A stretch of 64,000 nucleotides of DNA from an uncultured Mucilaginibacter sp. (GCA_903866915.1 CAIPPO010000220.1:4574-68573), one strand, 5' to 3'; positions 9,470-19,206 are shown, counted from the stretch's first letter. The notes: generated by a model not told the origin, from the sequence alone. Translations and numbers: made by a program.

Positions 9470-10603
9470 TTAAACCGCATGTTCAATCGCACGATGCAAT
9501 TCCAAATCCTTTACAAATTCATCAATCTGCTCTTTTTGCATACCGGGCATACAAATAATATGTGCCCATTCTTTGCCGGATGCCAGTTGCCATTTCTTCA
9601 ATAGCGCCTCACCGGGTTTGGGGATATTGACGGTAAGCGTATCCGGGTTGCGCCAAACCAGGGGTTCAACCTGCTTCAGTTTTTTTTCAGCATAGGCGGC
9701 TACGGCAAGGCAATCCTTGGTGCGCTTTTTTAAGCCTTCGATGCCTAGTTTCGATATGGTGTACCAGAGAAAAAGTGGCGTATGGCCGTTACGGGAGCCT
9801 GATATAGTAGTATCCAGCGAACCGATATAGTCGATGGACCGTGCAATACGGTCGCGGTGGCTCTTCTTGGCGATGACCATCCCACAAGGTATCGGCGAAC
9901 CAAAGAACTTATGTCCGCTAATGGCAATGCTATCGGCCCCATCAGCAAAATCGAATGAAGGCCTGGGTTTCAGGAAAGCGGCATAACTGCCCGATAGCGC
10001 CCCATCAACGTGGATATAATGATGCTGGATGGCCATGCTTTTGAAAATGGCTTTCATTTTCCCCACGTCATCCCGCGCTTCGGTCATGGTAGTGCCAATG
10101 TTGGCCAGGATAATCACCGGCATCTGCCGGTTGATGCTGATGGTTTTTTCGAGATCCTCATAGTCGATCTCACCACTGGCCTGCGAGCGTATTGCTATAT
10201 TCGGCATATTCAGCAGGTGCAAATTTTTCTGCACGCTGTAATGCGTGGCTTCCGAATAATAAACGATTGCTTTAGGATACAATTCGCGCGCCAGATACAG
10301 GCCATACAGGTTTCCTTCCGAGCCACCATTAGTAACATAACCCCACCAGTTATCTTCATCGGCTCTGAACAGGTGCGAAAAGAAAGAGATTACTTCCTTC
10401 TCCTGCTCCCTTGAGCCGACCGTATAGGTTGAAGGGATAAAGGGATCGCCAACATTATTCAGGGGGTATTTGAGGAAAGGCATAAGCTCGCCGTAATCAA
10501 AATCTTTGGCTACGGGATAACCCATTGTCATTGCCGACGTTTTACTAAACTCCTCCAGCAGATGCATGATCACCTGGCTGGTGTTATAGGTCGTTATTTC
10601 CAT
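9470..10603 (-). CDS. Group II PLP-dependent decarboxylase, histidine/serine decarboxylase family
   Basis: MGYP..NNVGDPF, WGYVTNGGSEGNLYG, HYSV.K, IHVDGALSG and SGHKFFGSPIPCG (PLP lysine) motifs. Confidence 0.88.
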   Translation of the reverse strand: MEITTYNTSQVIMHLLEEFSKTSAMTMGYPVAKDFDYGELMPFLKYPLNNVGDPFIPSTYTVGSREQEKEVISFFSHLFRADEDNWWGYVTNGGSEGNLYGLYLARELYPKAIVYYSEATHYSVQKNLHLLNMPNIAIRSQASGEIDYEDLEKTISINRQMPVIILANIGTTMTEARDDVGKMKAIFKSMAIQHHYIHVDGALSGSYAAFLKPRPSFDFADGADSIAISGHKFFGSPIPCGMVIAKKSHRDRIARSIDYIGSLDTTISGSRNGHTPLFLWYTISKLGIEGLKKRTKDCLAVAAYAEKKLKQVEPLVWRNPDTLTVNIPKPGEALLKKWQLASGKEWAHIICMPGMQKEQIDEFVKDLELHRAIEHAV

Positions 10604-10806
10604 TTCGCGCTCGTTTTGTTACGGGGTGTGTAACACAAATTCAGGTTTAGCACCAAAATTACCAGAGCTAACCCGGTAGCACCGTGCCGCGAGTCATACA
10701 GAAAGGTGATCTTCGTCATACCTTGCGGAACAACACTTTTTTCATTTTATCAAAATAAGTCTATCTTTAATCAGTTCTTCCAAACTGAATTAATAACATC
10801 CTTTAA

Positions 10807-11556
10807 ATGAGCGCTTCACAAAGCATAAAAACCGAAAATATCCGGCATAAAGGCTGGGTTAAAAGTGCCCATTTTGTGATCACTCTTGCATTTCTGGCGC
10901 TGTTGGTTAGCGGCTATGTTATCCTCATGTCGCACCCCCGCCTCTACTGGGGCAAAGCAGGCAACGACCTGACACCTGCGCTGTTTGAATTGCCCATCAG
11001 CAAAAATTACCATCACGGCGGCTGGGAAAAAGCTATTCCATTTAAAAACTTACACGGCTCGCAGGTAACGGCAGCTCGCACTTTTGATATTTTTAACGAG
11101 AACGGATGGGGCCGCAGCACGCATTTTTTAGCCGCCTGGTTCCTGATCATCACTGGCTTGCTGTACCTCTTAGCCGGTATCTTCAGCGGGCATTTCCGCC
11201 GCGACCTGGCACCCGGCCGTGGTGAATTTAGTCTGAAAATGCTTTGGCGCGATCTTTCTGCACATTTCCAAAAACAATCGTTTGCCAAAGGCAAATACGG
11301 CTTACTGCAAAAGATAACCTATTTATCGGTCATCTTCTTCCTGTTCCCGGTGGTTATTTTAACGGGGTTTGCCATGTCGCCGGCTATTGCCGCCTCCTAC
11401 CCTTTCCTGCTAAAAATATTTTTCGGTCACCAATCCGCGAGGACTATTCACTTTTTTGCAGCCGTTTTGCTGCTGCTGTTCCTGCTGGTGCATGTGGTAA
11501 TGGTGATCAGAACGGGCTTTAAACGAAACCTTTGGGCAATCACTTTCGGTAAATAA
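10807..11556 (+). CDS. Cytochrome b subunit (YdhU/MsrQ-like partner of a molybdoenzyme)
   Basis: Four His in TM helices (SAHF, STHF, TIHF, LVHV); KYGLLQKITY motif; 2 nt from the next gene. Confidence 0.8.
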   Translation: MSASQSIKTENIRHKGWVKSAHFVITLAFLALLVSGYVILMSHPRLYWGKAGNDLTPALFELPISKNYHHGGWEKAIPFKNLHGSQVTAARTFDIFNENGWGRSTHFLAAWFLIITGLLYLLAGIFSGHFRRDLAPGRGEFSLKMLWRDLSAHFQKQSFAKGKYGLLQKITYLSVIFFLFPVVILTGFAMSPAIAASYPFLLKIFFGHQSARTIHFFAAVLLLLFLLVHVVMVIRTGFKRNLWAITFGK

Positions 11557-11558
11557 AG

Positions 11559-12314
11559 ATGAAAGAAAAACGACTAATGAACAGGCGCCGTGCCATTTTT
11601 ACCGGCATAACCTCTGCCGGGGCCTTGTTGCTTTCGGGCTGCCTGAAAAAAGCACCGCCAACCTATGGTAGTATCCTGAGGATGGGCGACGACCTGACCT
11701 ACCTTGTACAGCGCGGACTATTATCACAGCGGGCTTTGGTCATGGAATACCAGCAAAGTGATATTACCAGTTTCCCGGTGACCGATATCGGCGACCCGGC
11801 CAACCCGGCCAGCACCAAAGCCTACAGCAAAGAATACGAAGCATTGCTTAAAACTGATTTCAAGGATTGGGCACTCACCATCGAAGGTGCTGTAGCCAAA
11901 CCGGGTAGATACACCCTGGACCAATTGCAAAAACTCGGCGAACGTAGCCAGATAACCCGGCACAGCTGCGAGGAAGGCTGGAGCGCTATTGCCGAATGGA
12001 CCGGCGTGCCGCTGGCCGCCTTATTGAAAGAAGCTGGCGTTTTAGCCTCTGCGCGTTATGTTTCCTTTTACGGCTTCGACAAATATGCCGAGAGCATTGA
12101 TATGCTGGATGCCCTGCATCCCCAAACCATATTGGCCCACCGCATGAACGGCGAAACTATCCCGGCACGCAACGGGGCGCCTTTGCGGCTGCGTGTAGAA
12201 ACTCAGGTAGGCTATAAAAGCGTTAAATATGTTCAGCGCATTGTTGTAACCGAACAGTTTGTAGATCCGGCACAAGATATTCAGGCGGGCTGGTCGTGGT
12301 ATAATGGAATTTAA
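11559..12314 (+). CDS. Molybdopterin-dependent oxidoreductase (sulfite oxidase fold, MsrP/YedY-like), probable Tat lipoprotein
   Basis: NRRRAIF twin-arginine signal plus LLSGC lipobox; HSCEEGWSAIAEWTGV (Mo-ligand Cys); NGAPLRLRVE..GYKSVKYV. Confidence 0.88.
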   Translation: MKEKRLMNRRRAIFTGITSAGALLLSGCLKKAPPTYGSILRMGDDLTYLVQRGLLSQRALVMEYQQSDITSFPVTDIGDPANPASTKAYSKEYEALLKTDFKDWALTIEGAVAKPGRYTLDQLQKLGERSQITRHSCEEGWSAIAEWTGVPLAALLKEAGVLASARYVSFYGFDKYAESIDMLDALHPQTILAHRMNGETIPARNGAPLRLRVETQVGYKSVKYVQRIVVTEQFVDPAQDIQAGWSWYNGI

Positions 12315-12387
12315 GGGACAGCACGGTATTTGGATAATTGACGAGAATATTTAATTTTGATCAACAACCAATAAAACAGAAAATACT

Positions 12388-12717
12388 ATGAAGAAGATTT
12401 TATCAGTTGCTGTGCTCTTTGTAGCCATCAGCACAACGTTCGCCTTCAAACCGGGTGGCGACCATCTGAAGGGCTATATCGACGATTCGATGTGCGCCTC
12501 CAGCAGCAAACCAATGTGCACACCAGAAACCCGCGTGGCCTGCGCAAAAAAATGCATTAAAGACGGCGCTAAGGCAGTATTGGTGGTTGGTGGAAAAGTT
12601 TATAAGATCACCAACCAGAAAACCGTGATCAAATATGCCGGTAAAAATGTGACTGTTGACGGTAAAATCACCGATGATACCATCGAAGTTACCAGCATCA
12701 CCGAAGACAAATCCTAA
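12388..12717 (+). CDS. Small secreted Cys-containing protein (possible OB-fold, DUF5818-like)
   Basis: Signal peptide; four Cys in DSMC...MC...CAKKC; C-terminal GKNVTVDGKI..DTIEVTSI strand pattern. Confidence 0.7.
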   Translation: MKKILSVAVLFVAISTTFAFKPGGDHLKGYIDDSMCASSSKPMCTPETRVACAKKCIKDGAKAVLVVGGKVYKITNQKTVIKYAGKNVTVDGKITDDTIEVTSITEDKS

Positions 12718-12738
12718 TTTATATCCCAAACTCAAAAC

Positions 12739-12778
12739 AAGGACCCCAAATCATAAAAAACCTGGGGTCCTTATTTAT
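12739..12778 (+). terminator. Intrinsic terminator after the oxidoreductase cluster
   Basis: AAGGACCCCA/TGGGGTCCTT 10-bp stem followed by a T-rich tail. Confidence 0.7.
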
Positions 12779-13091
12779 TCATAGACTTTTGGGCATTTAA
12801 ATGCTCTTTTTTTTGCAATACACTCCGTTTATTTCTGTCTTTTCAACATTTAATTCCTTACCGGGTAATCAAAGAAGCAAAAGGCTTCATAATTTTCCCC
12901 GGATTTTTGCTTTCCGGGCAGTTTTTACCAAAAATAAGGGAAGGTATCTGATATAATCACTTAGCAAATCAGTCATATCGCATCAATTAAGGCACCATTC
13001 GCTAAATTTTTGACAGTATTTCAATAAAAATTGATTAATAATAGTAATTTAGTAGGCAATTAACCCCATTTTTCAATTAAAATGAAATTGT

Positions 13092-16010
13092 TTGTTCAAA
13101 TCTTTACGTATTTTTCTCATAGGAGCCATAGTTTTTTCCTATGCTCCGCTCTTTGCCCAAAAAATTAGTGGCAAGGTCACCAGTGGTGGTGGCCCCTTGC
13201 CTGGCGCCAATGTGCGTGCTATCCCATCGAATGCCGGCGCCGCAACTGACACTGCGGGTCGCTATTCTATCAGTTTAAAACCAGGTACCTACACTTTATC
13301 TTTCTCGGAGTTAGGTTTCGAAACCAAAACAGCTACTGTAACATTAGGCACTGGCGAAACCAAGGTGATCAATATCGACCTGGTAGCAGCAGCAGCTTCA
13401 CTTAGTGAAGTAGTTGTAGTTGGAAGCCGTGGCGGCGGTCGCAGCCGTTTAGAATCACCGGTACCGGTTGATGTGATCAGTATTAACAACATCGCTGACA
13501 ATACTGCCAAACCCGACCTGATGAGCCAGCTTAACCAATTGGTACCCTCGTTCAACTACAACAAACAATCGGGTGCTGACGGCGCTGATGCGATCGACTA
13601 TGCCAGCTTACGCGGCCTGGGTTTCGACCAGACCCTCGTTTTGGTTAATGGCGTTCGTCGTCACCAATCAGCTTATGTAGATCCGGGAGAATCAGCCCGC
13701 GGCCGCGGCCAAAGCGGTACCGACCTGAACGCTATTCCAGAAGCAGCTATTGACCATGTCGAAATATTGCGCGACGGTGCTTCGGCGCAGTATGGCTCTG
13801 ACGCTATTGCTGGTGTGATTAATATTGTGCTTAAAAAAGACATTAATCATTTGGTTGTTGACGCCGGTATCAGCGGTTACGACGATCAGAAATACAACAC
13901 CCTAAGTTATTCAGATCCCAAAGCCTATTATACCGGGCATAAAATTGACGGCAGAACTTTAAATCTGGGTCTTAACTATGGTATCGCTGTAGGTAAAAAT
14001 GGCGGATTCCTGAATATTGGAGCTAACTTTGACGATGGGGGAAAAACTTTCAGGTATGCCCCCGACCAGGGGATCACCCGTGGACGACGTGCTGCCGGCG
14101 ACGGATCTATTGTAGCAGGCGGCGCCATGTTTAACCTGGAAGTGCCAATCAAGGATACTAAAACTGTATTCTATGCCTTTGGCGGATACAACCATAAATA
14201 CTCTGAAGTATATGCCTATACCCGCAGCTGGAACTATCTTGGTCTACGCGTCAATCCAACCAAATTTCCAACCGATCCAACAACAGGCAACCTGATCTTC
14301 GTACCAGGCGTAATGCAAAATGACGCTCCGGAGGGCGCACCGTTTGATCCTAATAACGTTTATTACAATCCGGAAGAGGATGTATACATTTCCGACGTTT
14401 CTGCGGCTTTTGGTTTCAAAGGCAAAACTTCAGGCAACTGGGAATGGAATGTAAGCAACAATACAGGACGAAATGATTTCCATTACTTTGGTCAGAATAC
14501 TTTCAATGCCTCAACACCTTACGTTGCAGGTCAACCTATCCAAACACGCTTTAATGATGGCGGCTTTAACTATTTGCAGAACACCACTAATGCTGATATA
14601 ACCAAACATTTCAGCAAAGTATTCCAGGGTCTTCAACTTTCATTTGGTACAGAGTTCAGGTATGAGCGTTACCAGATCTACGCTGGCGAACCAAACTCTT
14701 ACAATAATGGCGGTGCAACCTTGCCTACCCACGTAACTGGTTCCAAAGGGCAGGATTCTATTGTTTATCTATCAAAAGCACCAGGTTCCGAAGGCTATCC
14801 CGGCTATCAGCCAGGCGACGCTCATACGGCTAACCGTGGGTCAGAAGCCGCTTATGCAGAAGCAACGTTTGATGTAACCAAAACCTGGTTAGTTGACATT
14901 GCAGAACGTATTGAGAACTACGACGATTTTGGTTTTGTATCAACCCAAAAATTAGCAACACGCTTAAAATTAGCTGATAACTTTAACCTGCGCGGATCTA
15001 TCAGCACCGGTTTCCGTGCGCCAAGTTTACAGCAAATAAACTTTAGCAATACCAATACTTCTATTGGTTCGGGCGGTGTACTCTTATATCAAAAAACGGT
15101 ACCTAATTATACCGATGTTGCCCGTGCAGCTGGCATTCCAAAATTAACTTCCGAAAAATCTACCAACTATAGTCTTGGATTTACCTGGCAGCCATTGAGT
15201 AACCTGAACGTAACAGTTGATGGTTATCAAATCGGTATTAAAAACCGGGTAGTATATTCAGGCGTTTACAGCGAAGGTGATAGCGCTTTCGGTGATCCAA
15301 ATACTCCGGGTTCATTGAATAACTTACTGCTCGCAAATTCGATCCAGCAAGCTGCATTCTTTACCAATGCTGTTAATACTACTAACCGGGGTATCGACAT
15401 TGTAGTTGATTACCGCAAACGTTGGTTGAACCATCATTTCTTCGCAACGTTCGCCGGAAACCTGCAGGAAGTGAATATCGACAAAATAAGCATCCCTGCC
15501 TCATTCAGAGGTTCTGGTGGCGATAGCGCTGCATTTTTCTCAGACAGGGAACAATATTTCATGAAATATGCCGCTCCAAGGGCTAAGTTCAATTTAAACC
15601 TTGAATACGGCTTTAACAAAATTGCGTTCGGCACCCGCTTTACTTATTTCGGCGATGTAAAAGAACTTGGTTTTGGCGAAGTAAGTGCGCCAAACGGTGT
15701 AGCTGATCCATATCTGCCTTATGTTCAATTAGACGACGGAAGTGCTGCAGTTCCTGAATTGTTTAATTTCAGTCCGAAAGTAACTACCGATATTTATGCA
15801 ACTTTCAAACTTGCTAAATACCTATCATTGGATTTAGGCATTGACAACCTGTTTAATGTTCATCCAGACGAAGCTGTTGTGAAAGGCTCTATTAGCCCTA
15901 CCAGCGGCACCAGTTCTTTTGGCGATAGTAACTCAGGTGGTTCATTTGAATCTGTGCAAATGGGTTTCAACGGTACGCGATTATTTACCAAGTTAAAATT
16001 CACCTTCTAA
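13092..16010 (+). CDS. TonB-dependent receptor with N-terminal carboxypeptidase-regulatory-like domain (no SusD partner)
   Basis: Plug motifs SLRGLGFDQTLVLVNG and LRDGASAQYGSDAIAGVINIVLK; ends in F (LKFTF). Only a TTG start is in frame; see finding on ATG 13082. Confidence 0.93.
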   Translation: MFKSLRIFLIGAIVFSYAPLFAQKISGKVTSGGGPLPGANVRAIPSNAGAATDTAGRYSISLKPGTYTLSFSELGFETKTATVTLGTGETKVINIDLVAAAASLSEVVVVGSRGGGRSRLESPVPVDVISINNIADNTAKPDLMSQLNQLVPSFNYNKQSGADGADAIDYASLRGLGFDQTLVLVNGVRRHQSAYVDPGESARGRGQSGTDLNAIPEAAIDHVEILRDGASAQYGSDAIAGVINIVLKKDINHLVVDAGISGYDDQKYNTLSYSDPKAYYTGHKIDGRTLNLGLNYGIAVGKNGGFLNIGANFDDGGKTFRYAPDQGITRGRRAAGDGSIVAGGAMFNLEVPIKDTKTVFYAFGGYNHKYSEVYAYTRSWNYLGLRVNPTKFPTDPTTGNLIFVPGVMQNDAPEGAPFDPNNVYYNPEEDVYISDVSAAFGFKGKTSGNWEWNVSNNTGRNDFHYFGQNTFNASTPYVAGQPIQTRFNDGGFNYLQNTTNADITKHFSKVFQGLQLSFGTEFRYERYQIYAGEPNSYNNGGATLPTHVTGSKGQDSIVYLSKAPGSEGYPGYQPGDAHTANRGSEAAYAEATFDVTKTWLVDIAERIENYDDFGFVSTQKLATRLKLADNFNLRGSISTGFRAPSLQQINFSNTNTSIGSGGVLLYQKTVPNYTDVARAAGIPKLTSEKSTNYSLGFTWQPLSNLNVTVDGYQIGIKNRVVYSGVYSEGDSAFGDPNTPGSLNNLLLANSIQQAAFFTNAVNTTNRGIDIVVDYRKRWLNHHFFATFAGNLQEVNIDKISIPASFRGSGGDSAAFFSDREQYFMKYAAPRAKFNLNLEYGFNKIAFGTRFTYFGDVKELGFGEVSAPNGVADPYLPYVQLDDGSAAVPELFNFSPKVTTDIYATFKLAKYLSLDLGIDNLFNVHPDEAVVKGSISPTSGTSSFGDSNSGGSFESVQMGFNGTRLFTKLKFTF

Positions 16011-16058
16011 TCAGAATCCAACTGTACGGATTCTTTTTAACAATACATTGTAAACAGA

Positions 16059-16090
16059 AAAGCCCTTTAGAATTTCTTCTAAAGGGCTTT
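16059..16090. terminator. Bidirectional intrinsic terminator
   Basis: Perfect 14-bp stem AAAGCCCTTTAGAA/TTCTAAAGGGCTTT with a 4-nt loop between convergent genes. Confidence 0.85.
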
Positions 16091-16136
16091 CTGTTTCTGA
16101 AAAAAACCTAAAAAAACTATTAAAAAATGTGTTTGC

Positions 16137-16742
16137 TTAATGTACTGCTCTTAAAACTAACTGAAATCTCTTTTTGCCGTAAGAATTACTATCTGATTTC
16201 AATACCTGGAACTGATAGTTTCCGGTACGTACATTCAAACTATCTTTTGCATAAGCATCTTTCAGCCAAATCTGAACATTGGCCGGAATAGTACGTTCAA
16301 AACTAATTTTAAATAAATAGGTACCTGCGTTTTTGGTACTAATGTCGAGCTTAATGGCCTTGTTGGGGGTATAGGGTAAAGTATTAATAGCGAGGTCGGT
16401 GCCATCAGCCGATATGCTGGCCAGGCTAACCTGTCCATAACCTGCAAAATATTCAGCGTCTATAGCTGGATCATAATTCGAACTTGCTGCTTTCTTAAAC
16501 AAAAACATCGTCTCATCATTATTGGTACTATCCTGCACCAGCTTCAATTTAATAGCCGACAAATTGGCCAGCGTATCAGCACTTACCGGAGCGGTTGTTT
16601 TGGGCGCGATTGGTGTAGGTGATACTGGCGTAGTTGCAGATGAATTCGCTTTTGTAGCAGAACCAGCCGGTGTAACAACACTTTCCTTTTTGCAGGCAGC
16701 AAGGAACAAAACCGAAATCAATAATAGTGTAGAAGTTTTCAT
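16137..16742 (-). CDS. Hypothetical lipoprotein: lipobox, Pro/Thr/Ala linker and a ~140-aa domain shared with the giant T9SS protein
   Basis: FLAAC lipobox; low-complexity linker; motifs DET.F.F, LAINTL, IWLKDAYAKDSLNVR, RFQLVLR align by eye with residues encoded at 33390-33810. Confidence 0.8.
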   Translation of the reverse strand: MKTSTLLLISVLFLAACKKESVVTPAGSATKANSSATTPVSPTPIAPKTTAPVSADTLANLSAIKLKLVQDSTNNDETMFLFKKAASSNYDPAIDAEYFAGYGQVSLASISADGTDLAINTLPYTPNKAIKLDISTKNAGTYLFKISFERTIPANVQIWLKDAYAKDSLNVRTGNYQFQVLKSDSNSYGKKRFQLVLRAVH

Positions 16743-16974
16743 TTGTGACGATGTTTATGTTAGCGTTAACTTATAGGCAATTTTAATGCCACCAACAACA
16801 CTTTATTGATTTACAGCTATTTACAAAACGTCTTTTAAACAAATGGGGCTTTTAAAATCGGGGATTTATGTGCCGGAATTGCTGATTTTTCGTGGAATTT
16901 AGTGGGGAAAGTACGCCCCCAAAGTTTAAAAAAGTGGCATTTAAAATGCCTGGGACGGGATATTATACCCGCTA

Positions 16975-19206
16975 TCAGAATTGCTGTAAAAAGCTGATCT
17001 TATAAATAAGGTGATCTTCGGTTTGGGATTGGATCGGAGCGGTAGTCAGCTGATTGTTTACACCACGGTTATAGATCAGGTAGATATAACTCAGCGGCGA
17101 AAATTCCCAGGCCATGCGCAGGTTATAGCTATTTGAGTTGTTCAGCGAGTTTTTCTGGTAGATTCCGGTAAATTGTACCCGGGGATTAAGTGCAAAACGG
17201 CCTTGTATTATAAAAAGGTTGACCGACTTGGTCGTTTGGTTTACTCCCACATTCGTAAAATGGTTTTGATTAAGCTCACCTGTAAAGGAGACATAGGGGA
17301 TGGGTGCAAATTGAACCTTATAATCGCCGGTGAATAGCCTGCCGTTGAAATAGCTGCCGCTTGAAAGTGTAATAATCGTATTAACTATTTTGGATGGATC
17401 GGTTTGAAAATAGATTTGCTGATTGAAATAGTGGTAACTGCCCGGGCCGATATCTACATTGAGCGGCGAAAATGTAGAGGTAAGGTGCTGCCAAACGGCA
17501 ATAAAGCCATACCCCAAAAAACCACCGTCCCTGAAATTGAACCATACCGGGAAAACCGGCAGGTCGGCCTCAGAAAATTTACCGGTAGAGGCTGTATAAT
17601 AGAGTTCGGGTAAAATACCGGGACTGTAGGCTAACAGGAATTTTTTAAAGGGAAGCAGATCGCCGCGGTAGAAATAATTGGCACCCGGTGTGGTGCTGAT
17701 TACGTCGTTCCGGGAAATAAACCCCATTTGCGGGTCGAAATTTTTAGTTATAACAGATTCTGTCAACCAGATTTCGTGCGAATTGGTATTATTAAAATAC
17801 TGCACAATGCCCCCAAACCCCCGCGCACCAGTATTAGTGGTAGTCGACTGCGTAGCGATGACATTAAGAGAATTGGATTCATTAAACCTAAAGAAGCCAT
17901 CAACAGTTGATTCTATATTTGCCGCTCCGGGTTGTTCTTTCAGCGTCACAAGTCCGCCGATGCGGTCCTGTGTCCCAAAATTCTGCGAAAACCGACCGAC
18001 AAAAAAATCAGTAGCCGGGCTGCCGTTATAGGCCTGCTGGCGGATAGCCATTGCCCCATAATTCATAGATGATGAACGGTAAACAAACCTGCCGCCACCA
18101 ACGATGGGTATTGGATTACCGCTGGTATCCAGACCAATATTTCTACTGTTAAATGGCTGGTAGCGCATGGAACCGCCAGCCTGGTCGCCATTCATCGTTA
18201 CCTGAACGCCAAAAAGGGAAGCATTCTCTAAAAAAAACTGGCGCTTTTCGGGGTAAAACACGTTGAAACGGGTAGTATTATTAACCTCCTGATCAACATC
18301 CGCCTGTGCGAAATCGGTATTTGCAGTAAGGTCGAGCACGGAATTGGGCGTTATGGCCCATTTCAGATCGCCTCCATACTTTAGACTTTGGGTATGAGGT
18401 GGCTCGCTGCTGCCAAAATTGCTGTAATGATCTGTAGAGGCCAGGATATAAGGATCGACGATGATATTAGGTGAAGGTGGCGGAGGCTGCAAATTGGTCA
18501 AAAGCCCTGCATAATTCATATGCGTTGCCGAAAATATTCGCGGAAATGGCGAAAATGAACTGATCTCGTTGGTTAAACGCCGGTTACGGTATACATTAAA
18601 GCCCCAGCTTTGCGAAGTATCGTTGCTTTTAGGATACCGCAAGGTTTTCCATGGGATCGCAATCTCGGCCACCCAACCCGAATCGCTGCGTGTAGTGCGC
18701 ACATTCCAAAGACCGTTCCAATCGACATCATAATAAAGATCATCGAATGACAGCAAATCGCGCTGTACGCCGTAAGCGTTGGTCGCAAAAACGATGGCAT
18801 TGCGCTGGTCATTAAAGGTATCGAAAGCCAGGTTGACCAGGTCGTGTTTGGTAAAGTCGAAATCGCGGGCAAAATCCGTTGCCATGATTGCGCGCTTCCC
18901 CAGTGGATCCTTGCTTATCACACCGATATAAAGATATTTTTGGTTATAAAGTACTTTAACTACGGTAACGAAGCGCGACGGCTTTCCCTGATCGGGATCG
19001 GCTTGTATGAATTCCGAAGCGCCCGGTGTCAGCGCCCATTCCGGTTCATTAAGCAGGCCGTCAATTTTGATATTGGTAAAAATTTTTACTGCTTTAAGCT
19101 GGCGTCGGTTGGGGTTTGGTTTGAAGATATCGGCGTCCTGCCCCAAGGCAAATGTTGCGATACAAAGTAATAGTAAGGTGCTTATTATTCTTGATTGTGA
19201 CGTCAT
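16975..19206 (-). CDS. CBM9-like N-terminal domain plus probable outer-membrane barrel (DUF5916-like)
   Basis: IKIDGLLNEPEW, WVAEIAIPWKTLRY (CBM9-like); DLTANTDFAQADVD..RFNVFYPEKRQFFLENA typical of DUF5916 proteins; ends in F. Confidence 0.8.
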   Translation of the reverse strand: MTSQSRIISTLLLLCIATFALGQDADIFKPNPNRRQLKAVKIFTNIKIDGLLNEPEWALTPGASEFIQADPDQGKPSRFVTVVKVLYNQKYLYIGVISKDPLGKRAIMATDFARDFDFTKHDLVNLAFDTFNDQRNAIVFATNAYGVQRDLLSFDDLYYDVDWNGLWNVRTTRSDSGWVAEIAIPWKTLRYPKSNDTSQSWGFNVYRNRRLTNEISSFSPFPRIFSATHMNYAGLLTNLQPPPPSPNIIVDPYILASTDHYSNFGSSEPPHTQSLKYGGDLKWAITPNSVLDLTANTDFAQADVDQEVNNTTRFNVFYPEKRQFFLENASLFGVQVTMNGDQAGGSMRYQPFNSRNIGLDTSGNPIPIVGGGRFVYRSSSMNYGAMAIRQQAYNGSPATDFFVGRFSQNFGTQDRIGGLVTLKEQPGAANIESTVDGFFRFNESNSLNVIATQSTTTNTGARGFGGIVQYFNNTNSHEIWLTESVITKNFDPQMGFISRNDVISTTPGANYFYRGDLLPFKKFLLAYSPGILPELYYTASTGKFSEADLPVFPVWFNFRDGGFLGYGFIAVWQHLTSTFSPLNVDIGPGSYHYFNQQIYFQTDPSKIVNTIITLSSGSYFNGRLFTGDYKVQFAPIPYVSFTGELNQNHFTNVGVNQTTKSVNLFIIQGRFALNPRVQFTGIYQKNSLNNSNSYNLRMAWEFSPLSYIYLIYNRGVNNQLTTAPIQSQTEDHLIYKISFLQQF

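Noticed and set aside
10604-10745. Known riboswitch (SAM, TPP, glycine, cobalamin, ZTP) upstream of the decarboxylase
   Set aside because: I could not find the conserved cores of these classes by eye; kept only as an unclassified leader.
13092-16010. SusC of a polysaccharide utilisation locus
   Set aside because: No adjacent susD, and SusC-type signature motifs are not evident; the CAZymes in the window are scattered.
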